Positions 42,471-51,502 of a stretch of DNA of 64,000 nucleotides are shown here, piece after piece (the first letter of the stretch is position 1; every line of letters begins with the position of its first letter). The notes beneath the pieces were generated by a model. The model saw nothing but the letters and a program-made list of their open reading frames with translations, searched no databases and was not told the DNA's origin. Where the stretch lies: assembly GCA_965197905.1 (NCBI GenBank), contig CBDAOB010000003.1, positions 257,937-321,936 on the forward strand. Reading direction: 5' to 3'. Both the position numbers and the translations under genes were made by a program. The stretch is from Candidatus Latescibacterota bacterium. Lineage in GTDB: Bacteria; Latescibacterota; UBA2968; UBA8231.

Positions 42471-43220
42471 GGTAGGGTCGAGAACTGGCGCGCCAGCCTT
42501 AGGGTTCGGTGGGTTCCCCATGGCTTTCGCCATAGCCCTCAGTCCGACTCCCATCGCTACGTTTCCAGTTCCCGCCGCCTCAAACCGGACGTGCGGATCT
42601 CCCGCATCCGGCTTCCCGACGAACGTCACATCCAGGCACACGCCACAAGGACTTCACCTGGTAGTCAAGCTGCTTCCGATGCATACTAGTCTTACTGCTG
42701 GAGGCAATAGGCTCACGCCACTCTCCAACCCTCTGCACTTCCGCAGCATGTCCGAAGTCAGGCCCCTTCCCTCCACCGGAGTTACCCGGCTTCCTCGGTA
42801 CTACGCGCCTGTCCGCCACCTCATCCAGCCCAGTCTGGCCCTCGCGGGTTACCGGTTGGAGGCACTCGCTGCTTCCACCGGATGAGGCTTCCCGTGTTGC
42901 GCCACATCTCCTCTTACACACATGCTGTCGCCACTACCCCGGCGGAACAGCTGGGTGCGCTTGTCGCTCGACTTCCCCAGCTGCAGCGGCCTTCCCTGGT
43001 TTACGGGCAGGTCGGCTTCCGCATTACACTTTTCGAGGCCTGCTCAGCGTTTACTCACGTTACGGCCTGTGTGCTCGCCAAGTCGCCCAAGGCGACCCTC
43101 TACACCGGAGGCTTCAGCGGCTTCGTCGCCTCCACCACTGCTCCGATTGCTACCGGCTGGAGCGACCCTTGCCGGGTGGGATTCGCACCCACTGAAGATG
43201 TGCGCCTTAGCACGGCGCAC
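42471..43220 (-). mobile_element. ORF-less group II intron (about 750 nt) inserted into an attC-like repeat element
   Basis: on the minus strand: 5' GUGCGCC (rc of 43214-43220), domain V GAAGCCGGAUGCGGGAGAUCCGCACGUCCGGUUUG (rc of about 42591-42635), 3' end ...CGACCCUAC, the same terminus as the IS-borne intron. No ORF over 115 aa. Splits a family-B repeat into 42395-42470 and 43221-43262. Confidence 0.75.
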
Positions 43221-43269
43221 CGTAAACTGCGCTGTTACCCGATGTGTCAAACCACCCGACGCACCGGCA

Positions 43270-43857
43270 CTACTTCGTTCGCTCTCGAGGAACGACACGA
43301 ATTGCATCATCTAGCCGGCGCGACAATGGTGATGATTTGGCACCAGACCTCGGATCAATAACCGCGATCCTGTAGTCAGCTGTGGTATCCGGGTAGAGAT
43401 TCTTCCTTCCAGAGTCATTGTGCTGCATCGTTCTTGGCAACGATTCAAGAACCCTAAGAAATACCTCTCGTTCCGCCCAAGTTCGCGAGTAACACTTTCC
43501 GACCTCAGGCGTCCATCCCCGCTGCATGAGCTCATGCTCGTGCCAGGCTGCATCGAAATCGTCCCAGACAAAGGCATTGGGAATCCTGGAAGCCCGCTGT
43601 CGCAACATATCGGTTAGTAGCCATTCCCAGTCTGGGAGAGAGCGGTCGGTTAGATATTGGCCGTTGAATCGAGCTAAATGACTAGCGACAAGCTCGTAAT
43701 GATCGAGTGGCCATGAAGAGTTTGGTTTCTCGGCCACATCCTCGAGCCACAACCAATATCCGTTCTCTCGTTCCTCGGCGTGGTAACACTGGGGCGCCGA
43801 AAAGCAAGAATGGCGACTCACAGTTAGCACCGTAGGCAGTAACGGATGTGCATCCAA
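43270..43857 (-). CDS. phosphotransferase (APH/CotS/HSK-II-like) family protein, possibly N-terminally truncated
   Basis: Brenner-like motif QHNDSGRKNL; only 195 aa; begins at the edge of the duplicated segment. Confidence 0.35.
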   Translation of the reverse strand: MDAHPLLPTVLTVSRHSCFSAPQCYHAEERENGYWLWLEDVAEKPNSSWPLDHYELVASHLARFNGQYLTDRSLPDWEWLLTDMLRQRASRIPNAFVWDDFDAAWHEHELMQRGWTPEVGKCYSRTWAEREVFLRVLESLPRTMQHNDSGRKNLYPDTTADYRIAVIDPRSGAKSSPLSRRLDDAIRVVPRERTK

Positions 43858-43944
43858 GTGATTGCAAGTGGTTCCTAATAAAAAGGCGTTTTATAATTCC
43901 TGCTATACTTCGCAAGAGGGTCGGGCAGATTTGAGCCAGGGACC

Positions 43945-44382
43945 TTGAACGCTCGGGCGATTCACATTAGCTTAAGCTACGGAATCGAGAATACGGACCG
44001 AGGCACTGCCGTGCATCTTAAGCAAGAGTGGAACGCCTGCCTGGAAGCGCTCAAGCGGGGAGAATTGACCCCCGAACGATTGCAAGCCGTGATCGACTCC
44101 GTGCCCGACGACAGTCCTGAGAAACGACAGAGTCTGCTCTTCGTTCAGACGTCTCACAACGGAGTCAATTCCAAACTGGTTGGGTACCTCCTGGTGATCA
44201 ACGGCGAAGCCCAACCGGGTTCTCGCAACCGCGAGGAATGGCCCTATCGCACCGTCGCCGATGCGATCCAGGACGGCTGGCGGATCATTTCCTTCCCCAA
44301 CACGGCTCTGCTGATGGATCCTGACAGCACCTACGGAATCGGCCCCGAGTTCATTCTCGAGAAGATGGAGCCAATAAAATGA
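43945..44382 (+). CDS. small conserved hypothetical protein (copy A), translationally coupled to the downstream dioxygenase
   Basis: ATG at 43945 lies outside the duplicated segment; conserved GTG at 44002 (equivalent to 47839 in copy B) is an alternative start; stop overlaps the next start (ATGA). Confidence 0.45.
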   Translation: MNARAIHISLSYGIENTDRGTAVHLKQEWNACLEALKRGELTPERLQAVIDSVPDDSPEKRQSLLFVQTSHNGVNSKLVGYLLVINGEAQPGSRNREEWPYRTVADAIQDGWRIISFPNTALLMDPDSTYGIGPEFILEKMEPIK

Positions 44383-45330
44383 AGCAGTGGACGCACGATT
44401 GCCCGCCCACACTCACCGACACACAGGTCATCGATTTCTGTCAGAAGGGATTTGTGTTGCTCGAGGCGGTCGTCCCAGACGAGATCAATCGCCGCGTGTT
44501 TGAGTTTCTCGATGAGCATCCGGAAATGGAGCCTTCCTGCATTTTAAGCGAAGAATGGTTCGTGAAGCAGGTGCTCTGCAATCCCGAGGCCGCCGGGGCC
44601 GTTCGCTCGCTGCTGGGCAGTGACTTTCACCTTCCCGTGCTGATGAGCAACCACCGCGAGCGAGGACCCTACTGGGAACCGACGGGCTGGCACATCGACG
44701 GAAACTATAAACACGGATATGAATTGCCGTCCCTGCAGGTGTTCTATTATCCGCAGGACACCACGCCGGAGATGGGGCCCACGGAACTGGTGCCCGGATC
44801 TCATCAGCTCCGTATGAAGCGCCGGTACATGTCCAACTTCGAAAACATCGCTACCGCCTTCAGCACGACCGCTCCCGCCGGCTCGATCTTCATCACCATC
44901 TACCACATCTGGCATCGCCGAGGCTTCGCTACCAGCACCCGACTGCGCAACATGCTGAAGTATGTCTACTGGCGCACGACCGAGCCCACGCGGGACTGGA
45001 TCATCGAGCCAGATTTCGACTTTGCCACCGCCAACTATGGTTCGCAAGAATATGGAGAGAAGATGAAGGTCGCCATCGACACCGCGGAGATGTTCTACTG
45101 GCTATGCGGAATGCATGACCGGTTTCAGGTCATCGGCGGGCAGAGTTGGCCTAGTTTCAACCCCAGCCGCATCGACGTGCCCTATGGATTTCCCGGTCCG
45201 GTCGCCCCGGTCTCCGAAGCGCCGGGCAAACGACGGCCGGTCCAGGATGGCGCGGCTGAATCCTGACCGCAAATGGCTACCACTGAATGCAATCGTCTGC
45301 GAGTTGTCGCTTCGTAAGTCGCGCTGACTC
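43968..45330 (+). repeat. segmental duplication, copy A (about 1.36 kb)
   Basis: near-identical to 47805-49165 with a few SNPs; a 2-bp indel near the 3' end changes the C-terminus of the PhyH ORF. Confidence 0.85.
44379..45266 (+). CDS. PhyH-like Fe(II)/2OG dioxygenase (copy A)
   Basis: GFVLLEAVVPDEI...WHIDG...VPGSHQL...IWHRRG. Confidence 0.65.
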   Translation: MKQWTHDCPPTLTDTQVIDFCQKGFVLLEAVVPDEINRRVFEFLDEHPEMEPSCILSEEWFVKQVLCNPEAAGAVRSLLGSDFHLPVLMSNHRERGPYWEPTGWHIDGNYKHGYELPSLQVFYYPQDTTPEMGPTELVPGSHQLRMKRRYMSNFENIATAFSTTAPAGSIFITIYHIWHRRGFATSTRLRNMLKYVYWRTTEPTRDWIIEPDFDFATANYGSQEYGEKMKVAIDTAEMFYWLCGMHDRFQVIGGQSWPSFNPSRIDVPYGFPGPVAPVSEAPGKRRPVQDGAAES

Positions 45331-45809
45331 TTATTCTGGCGCCATCATGCCTCGGTGCGCTGCTGGAGGTGAAGCCCAACCGGGTCTCGCCTGAATTAGA
45401 AAACATTTTTCTCAACCGTCAAAAAACAAAGAGCATTACTTGACCACGTCCTCTTCAGTATAGGGGATTGCTATTGATGCAATAGCCAGTATATCCCTCC
45501 ACTCAGGATGGCCGCTATGGGCAAAGTCAGTGCCCACGACAACAGTATTTCCAACAAAACTCTAATGTTGGCTTTCTTTGTAATTAGACCCATACCAAAG
45601 AGGGAACCAACAGATACATGCGTGGTTGATACGGGCATACCCAGTCGGAGAGAATCGATGCGTATACGGATAGGCCATTGCCGTTAGATGCGTAGGACGT
45701 AAGGGTAAGACGGGTGTCCGGCCCTCACCCGGTTTGACGGTCCGGCTGTCAAACCACCCTCTCCCGCTCGCGGGAGAGGGTCTAGCTAAGTGATGAATGC
45801 GAAGGGAGT

Positions 45810-47096
45810 GTGATGAAGCCGAACATTATTCTTCTGATGACGGACCAGCAGAGGTGGGACAGTCTCGGGTGCAACGGGAATCGATTTGTGTCGACGCCCA
45901 ACGTGGACAGGCTGGCCGAAGGAGGGGCGAACTGCGCGAACAGTTATACGCCTTGGCCGGTCTGTACGCCTGCACGGGCAACGATGTGGACCGGGGTTTA
46001 CCCCCACCAGCACCAGGTGATCTACAATGCGTACAAGATGGACAACGTTCTGAAGGAGACCTCGCACGAGCAGCGGACCGTGTTCGAGCCTCTGAGGGAG
46101 AGTGGATATACGACGGCGTACTTCGGGAAGTGGCACCTCGGCGAGACCGACCCGGGGATGTTTGATGTGTGGAGCGGTTTCAACAGCTCGGGCGGTCACT
46201 GGGTGGATGATGTTCGCGATGGTGTCTACAAGCCCGATCAGCAGACGGATCAGATGATCGCGTTTATCAAGGCGCAGACAGATGGCGACAAGCCGTTCTT
46301 TGCGGTGAACGGATACTATCCTCCTCACGATCCGTATACCGCGCCTGAGCGATTCTACGAACCGTATCGTGGTCAGGGTGTTCCGTATGCCGGATACTAC
46401 GCGGCAGTCAGCGCGATCGACGACAACGTGGGTCGATTGGTGGCGGCGATTGAAGAAGCTGGCCTGACCGAGGATACGATCATCGTCTACTACTCGGATC
46501 ACGGCGATCACTTCAGCTACCGGGGGAGCGACCACAAGTTTACGTGCCACGACGATTCGATCAAGGTACCGATGGTGATCAGCTGGCCTGGAACGATCAC
46601 TGCAGGTCAAGTTGTTGAGGAATTCGTTGGTCTTCAGGATCTGATGCCGACGATTCTCGAGTGGGCGGGTCTGGACATTCCCGGCTATCTGCACGGTACC
46701 AGCATCGTGCCGCTGCTCGGAGAGGAGTCTGTTCCGTGGCGAGACTCGCATTACACGGAGAATGTGATTCGCGGTCCCTTTATCGAACAGCGATCGATAC
46801 GAACGAACGAGTGGAAGCTGATTCTAACGCGTTCCGTAAGGTTTCTCCAGGGCTACACGGCTTTGAACGAACTCTACGACCTGGTGAATGATCCGGAGGA
46901 AGAGCTCAACATCTACAGGACACCGCGCGAGGATACACACAACAGATTCCGAAATACACCGCCTCAGACCGAGGTGATCGAAGGACTCGTTCACGAACTG
47001 AGGAAGCAGGCTGTCGAGATAAACGATCAGTTGGGGATCGATATGGCCGATTTTACGTTGGTCGAGATCGGAAAGCGCAAGGCGACTGGTTCGTAG
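45810..47096 (+). CDS. sulfatase
   Basis: NIILLMTDQQRWD...PVCTPARATMWTGVYPH (canonical C-x-P-x-R)...YYSDHGDH; preceded by two strong hairpins at about 45715-45775. Confidence 0.85.
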   Translation: MMKPNIILLMTDQQRWDSLGCNGNRFVSTPNVDRLAEGGANCANSYTPWPVCTPARATMWTGVYPHQHQVIYNAYKMDNVLKETSHEQRTVFEPLRESGYTTAYFGKWHLGETDPGMFDVWSGFNSSGGHWVDDVRDGVYKPDQQTDQMIAFIKAQTDGDKPFFAVNGYYPPHDPYTAPERFYEPYRGQGVPYAGYYAAVSAIDDNVGRLVAAIEEAGLTEDTIIVYYSDHGDHFSYRGSDHKFTCHDDSIKVPMVISWPGTITAGQVVEEFVGLQDLMPTILEWAGLDIPGYLHGTSIVPLLGEESVPWRDSHYTENVIRGPFIEQRSIRTNEWKLILTRSVRFLQGYTALNELYDLVNDPEEELNIYRTPREDTHNRFRNTPPQTEVIEGLVHELRKQAVEINDQLGIDMADFTLVEIGKRKATGS

Positions 47097-47245
47097 CCAA
47101 CCATCATTAGAGGTTTCCATAGCCGAGCGCGTGCTCAGAAACGTGGGTGCTCGGCAATGTACTTTGCGCCAATGCCTTCCGGGTCCAATCCGTTAAGCGC
47201 GTGATTATAGCGCTTGACGATATCTTCCAGATAGTAGATGGCGAA

Positions 47246-47473
47246 TCACTCCTCGATGTAGTGTCGGCTCGTCGCATCATCGAGAATCTTTACGAAGATG
47301 GCACGATTCTCTGGTGGGAGGTTGCGCCAATCGATCTGTGTAACCAGTCCTCCTGCGACACAAACGACCTTGCCCTCCTCAGTCTCCCGCAGCGCAATCA
47401 CCCGGTCAACCATTTCCAACGTTGCCCGTCTGATCAGTCCATCGTAGATCACGGGTCCATATGCAAGATCCAA
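47246..47473 (-). CDS. possible gene fragment (unknown function)
   Basis: coding-like ...GKVVCVAGGLVTQIDW...; TTG start; continues without a start codon upstream and in another frame downstream; likely a remnant. Confidence 0.2.
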   Translation of the reverse strand: MDLAYGPVIYDGLIRRATLEMVDRVIALRETEEGKVVCVAGGLVTQIDWRNLPPENRAIFVKILDDATSRHYIEE

Positions 47474-47838
47474 TGTATAGGAATTATAAAGGGGCTTTTG
47501 GACATCGAAAAACAGTCTGAAACGCTAAATAAATCGGCCAATATTCCGGAGGTAGGTGTTATAGTCGCGCAGCAGCTCCTTGGCAATTCCTCTCGCGATC
47601 TTCATCCGAATGCCCGTGACCCTAGCGTCTATATCCCGTTCAGGAACCGAAATCCATCCCGCACGGCGCCGCCTCGACGCGTTTCCTGAGTCGCCGCCCG
47701 CCTAAGGCCAAATTAGTCGCCCGCCACAAACTCGCCTACCTTGCCGCTATTAGCGATAACGCGTTTTGTTTATCTTATACTTATTATCTTATACTTAACG
47801 TAACCTACGGAATCGAGAATACGGACCGAGGCACTGCC

Positions 47839-48210
47839 GTGCATCTTAAGCAAGAGTGGAACGCCTGCCTGGAAGCGCTCAAGCGGGGAGAATTGACCCC
47901 CGAACGATTGCAAGCCGTGATCGACTCCGTGCCCGACGACAGTCCTGAGAAACGACAGAGTCTGCTCTACGTTCAGACGTCTCACAACGGAGTCAATTCC
48001 AAACTGGTTGGGTACCTCCTGGTGATCAACGGCGAAGCCCAACCGGGTTCTCGCAACCGCGAGGAATGGCCCTATCGCACCGTCGCCGATGCGATCCAGG
48101 ACGGCTGGCGGATCATTTCCTTCCCCAACACGGCTCTGCTGATGGATCCTGACAACACCTACGGAATCGGCCCCGAGTTCATTCTCGAGAAGATGGAGCC
48201 AATAAAATGA
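47839..48210 (+). CDS. small conserved hypothetical protein (copy B)
   Basis: GTG start preceded by GAGG; 123 aa; ATGA overlap with the next gene. Confidence 0.45.
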   Translation: MHLKQEWNACLEALKRGELTPERLQAVIDSVPDDSPEKRQSLLYVQTSHNGVNSKLVGYLLVINGEAQPGSRNREEWPYRTVADAIQDGWRIISFPNTALLMDPDNTYGIGPEFILEKMEPIK

Positions 48211-49157
48211 AGCAGTGGACGCACGATTGCCCGCCCACACTCACCGACACACAGGTCATCGATTTCTGTCAGAAGGGATTTGTGTTGCTCGAGGCGGTCG
48301 TCCCAGACGAGATCAATCGCCGCGTGTTTGAGTTTCTCGATGAGCATCCGGAAATGGAGCCTTCCTGCATTTTAAGCGAAGAATGGTTCGTGAAGCAGGT
48401 GCTCTGCAATCCCGAGGCCGCCGGGGCCGTTCGCTCGCTGCTGGGCAGTGACTTTCACCTTCCCGTGCTGATGAGCAACCACCGCGAGCGAGGACCCTAC
48501 TGGGAACCGACGGGCTGGCACATCGACGGAAACTATAAACACGGATATGAATTGCCGTCCCTGCAGGTGTTCTATTATCCGCAGGACACCACGCCGGAGA
48601 TGGGGCCCACGGAACTGGTGCCCGGATCTCATCAGCTCCGTATGAAGCGCCGGTACATGTCCAACTTCGAAAACATCGCTACCGCCTTCAGCACGACCGC
48701 TCCCGCCGGCTCGATCTTCATCACCATCTACCACATCTGGCATCGCCGAGGCTTCGCTACCAGCACCCGACTGCGCAACATGCTGAAGTATGTCTACTGG
48801 CGCACGACCGAGCCCACGCGGGACTGGATCATCGAGCCAGATTTCGACTTTGCCACCGCCAACTATGGTTCGCAAGAATATGGAGAGAAGATGAAGGTCG
48901 CCATCGACACCGCGGAGATGTTCTACTGGCTATGCGGAATGCATGACCGGTTTCAGGTCATCGGCGGGCAGAGTTGGCCTAGTTTCAACCCCAGCCGCAT
49001 CGACGCGCCCCATGGATTTCCCGGTCCGGTCGCCCCCCCGTCTCCGAAGCGCCGGGCAAACGACGGCCGGTCCAGGGTGGCACGGCCGAATCCTGACCGC
49101 AAACGGCCACCACTGAATACAATCGTCTGCGAGTTGTCGCTTCGTACGTCGCGCTGA
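48207..49157 (+). CDS. PhyH-like Fe(II)/2OG dioxygenase (copy B)
   Basis: identical to copy A up to the C-terminal indel. Confidence 0.65.
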   Translation: MKQWTHDCPPTLTDTQVIDFCQKGFVLLEAVVPDEINRRVFEFLDEHPEMEPSCILSEEWFVKQVLCNPEAAGAVRSLLGSDFHLPVLMSNHRERGPYWEPTGWHIDGNYKHGYELPSLQVFYYPQDTTPEMGPTELVPGSHQLRMKRRYMSNFENIATAFSTTAPAGSIFITIYHIWHRRGFATSTRLRNMLKYVYWRTTEPTRDWIIEPDFDFATANYGSQEYGEKMKVAIDTAEMFYWLCGMHDRFQVIGGQSWPSFNPSRIDAPHGFPGPVAPPSPKRRANDGRSRVARPNPDRKRPPLNTIVCELSLRTSR

Positions 49158-49408
49158 CTCTTAACTAAGTAGCTTCGCCTTTTTGCCCCAATTCCGTGTA
49201 GGTCACCCTCGATGAGGGAGCCGTTCCTATGGGGAGTTTCTCCTTGCAATCGAAGATCCAGAGAGAATTCCCACAAGTGCGCAGACAACCCGTCAAAACT
49301 AGCTCTAACTATCCCTAGTAGCTCTGCGCTTTCAAAGGCGGCGATCACCTCCTGAATGATGTTGCGGCCTGTGGAGGTGGGCACGGGATATAGATAGGTC
49401 CATTCTCT

Positions 49409-50140
49409 TCATTTGGTGGTAAACCCTCCATCGACAGGTATTGCTTGGCCAGTAAGGAATGACGAATCCTCCGAGCAAGGCCACACAACCGCATTCGCTA
49501 CCTCCCGTGGCTGACCACCTCGGCCTATAGGATGAAGAGCAACGACTTCCTCCGGAATCAGCTGGTCAGCCGATGTTTGTATCTCTCCGGGACATACCGC
49601 ATTGACTCGAATACCTTGTTTTGAGTATTCCAAAGCAGCTGCCTTCGTAAGGCCAACGACCCCATGTCGGGTAGCTGTCTCTGAGGCTCGGTCCGAACCA
49701 ACCAAGCCAAAAATGGAGGACATATTGACAATCGCTCCACCGCCACGTCCTAGCATTGTGGGAATCTCATATTTCATACAAAGCCAAATTCCGGTCAGAT
49801 TAACGCTCAAGACAAAGTCCCAGTCTTCCTTTGTACAGTCAGTCACTGTGGCTGGCCTAAAGACGCCAGCATTGTTGAAGACACAGTCCAGACCCCCAAA
49901 CGTGTCGACGACCTTGTGAACAATGTTTTCGACCTGTTCTGGGTCAGCGACGTCTGTTCGCACGAAAATTCCTTCGCCGCCGACACGCTCGATTGACCGG
50001 ATGGTCTCCTCTCCTTCATAGATACGGCGGGCCGCTACGGCCACTTTGGCCCCGGCACGCGCAAAGGCGACAGCTGTGGCCTTGCCGATCCCCGAATTTC
50101 CACCAGTCACCAACGCGATTTTGTTCGTCAAATTTGCCAT
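49409..50140 (-). CDS. SDR-family oxidoreductase
   Basis: IALVTGGNSGIGKATAVAFARAGAKV...NNAG...; the Y-x3-K region is present. Confidence 0.8.
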   Translation of the reverse strand: MANLTNKIALVTGGNSGIGKATAVAFARAGAKVAVAARRIYEGEETIRSIERVGGEGIFVRTDVADPEQVENIVHKVVDTFGGLDCVFNNAGVFRPATVTDCTKEDWDFVLSVNLTGIWLCMKYEIPTMLGRGGGAIVNMSSIFGLVGSDRASETATRHGVVGLTKAAALEYSKQGIRVNAVCPGEIQTSADQLIPEEVVALHPIGRGGQPREVANAVVWPCSEDSSFLTGQAIPVDGGFTTK

Positions 50141-50203
50141 ATGCGGATGCGCCTATCAAGGGTATACTATCCCGTAAGTGCATAAAGACCATCGGACACA
50201 ATT

Positions 50204-50300
50204 TCATTTAACGTATTCACGGTTTGCGAACGCCGAATGGCGTTGCCGAAGGCCAAGGAGCTCACCGACGCAACGTAAACCGCGCGGTTAAATGAAGTGG
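50204..50300. repeat. attC-like element, family B
   Basis: tcATTTAACgtattcacggtttgcgaacgccgaatggcgttgccgaaggccaagg...cgtaaaccgcgcgGTTAAATgaagtgg. Confidence 0.55.
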
Positions 50301-50452
50301 GCCCAAATTCACTCCGAACTTGACCCTTTGATAATGGTCGGCTCGAGATCGGCTTCGAGGGCGAGAGCGCGATCCCGAGCCAGGGTGATAATGCGGTGAG
50401 CAACAGGCGGCGTTCTGCGCGCCGCCTACGACTATTGTGGTGGCCAGGCGCC

Positions 50453-50761
50453 TCAGACGCTGTCGGCCCGCGGCTTGTAGAACGCCTCCAGCATGTGCTC
50501 GACGACCCGGGGGTTGTCTCCCTGCTGGAGGGAGGCGATGCCGCCGATGATCATCCGGCACCGAGTCTCGTAGTTGCTCATCAGGGCCTGCATCTGTGTC
50601 TCGAGCAGCGACGTAACTTTTTCCTGCTCCATGCCGTCGACGGCTAGCATCAGACCTTCCTTCAACAATCCTTCCAGTCTGGCTGATTCACCGGTGAAGC
50701 TCTCCAGCGCCTGAAGCCCTTGCATTGAGCAGGTGAAGGTGATGCTTAGCCAGGAACTCAA
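50453..50761 (-). pseudogene. motA/tolQ/exbB-family proton-channel gene remnant
   Basis: EGLMLAVDGMEQEKVTSLLETQMQALM matches the MotA cytoplasmic loop (NGLSMAVDGQSAEFIRDVLEEEIEAMEERHQ) and RMIIGGIASLQQGDNPRVVEHML matches the MotA C-terminal (IMIEGVLSLSEGQNPRVIEQKLL). The roughly 95 residues containing TM3-TM4 between them are absent, the N-terminal TMs are absent, and there is no ATG. Confidence 0.5.
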
Positions 50762-51350
50762 CTGTCGTCACGCTTATCAATTCCGTGCTGCTGTGGCAAA
50801 GTGGGTGCTCCAAGACATCGAGGTAAACATCCGGCATCTAAGACAGGCAACAAACATCTGCGCCGGGGGTCGATTCTGAGATTATGCACTCTCTTTCGGC
50901 AGCCACCTCGCACGAAAAGACAGAGTCATCGACTGCATCTCGAAGAGGGCATTCCCCCCAACTGGCGACCTCATCCGGAGTCGCATTGCTGACAATGCCG
51001 ATTGTCCAACCGCCAAGAGATACTCACGCTTTCGTCGAAGCCTATCCTCGCACATTTCCTCCAACGTCATGTCGTCGATCGAAGACCCGAGCGAACTGCA
51101 CAACGCTGACAACATCGCGCCGTAGGTGGGGTGTACTTTCCAGTCATGCGGTCCGGATGTTTTTCCGCCACCAGGCACGTACCTCATTTAGCTCCAGTCC
51201 AAGTTTTTCTGCGAACAACTCCGCCGATGGGCGATCTGGATGCTTCTGCGTCACGAGAGTTTCGAACAGATCAAACAGAACTATCTTCACCCTTTTGTTG
51301 GCTCTACCTACGGTCTAAACCTGGAAAGACATGGGGACCTTGTCTTCAAT

Positions 51351-51437
51351 GTCGGCTAACGGTTCTCCTGGCCCTGAACCGCGAATGCGGTTGGGCGGAG
51401 GCGCGCATGCGCCGTAGCCAGGGCCAGGGTGTTACCG
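51351..51437. repeat. attC-like element, family A (left end divergent)
   Basis: taacggttctcctggccctgaaccgcgaatgcggttgggcggaggcgcgcatgcgccgtagccagggccagggtGTTACCg. Confidence 0.45.
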
Positions 51438-51502
51438 ACGAATCAATCCTTCGATAATTCTTTGATGTCGCCCAAAGAATTGGATTTGCGACTGTCCCGG
51501 CT

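Larger units (their letters stand above)
47805..49165 (+). repeat. segmental duplication, copy B
   Basis: see copy A; direct orientation, 3837-bp period; the sulfatase gene lies between the copies. Confidence 0.85.

Noticed and set aside
42406-43361. Plus-strand ORFs (159 aa, 130 aa) and minus ORF 42580-42921; the region also looked rRNA-, RNase P- or tmRNA-like at first glance
   Set aside because: The region is the reverse complement of a group II intron RNA (GUGCG 5' end, domain V, shared 3' terminus). No rRNA, tmRNA or RNase P signature motifs are present. The ORFs are artefacts of high GC.
47147-47689. 180-aa plus-strand ORF between the sulfatase and duplication copy B
   Set aside because: Low-complexity translation with no motifs. 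The minus strand here carries coding-like fragments in shifting frames, more likely a degraded gene than this ORF.
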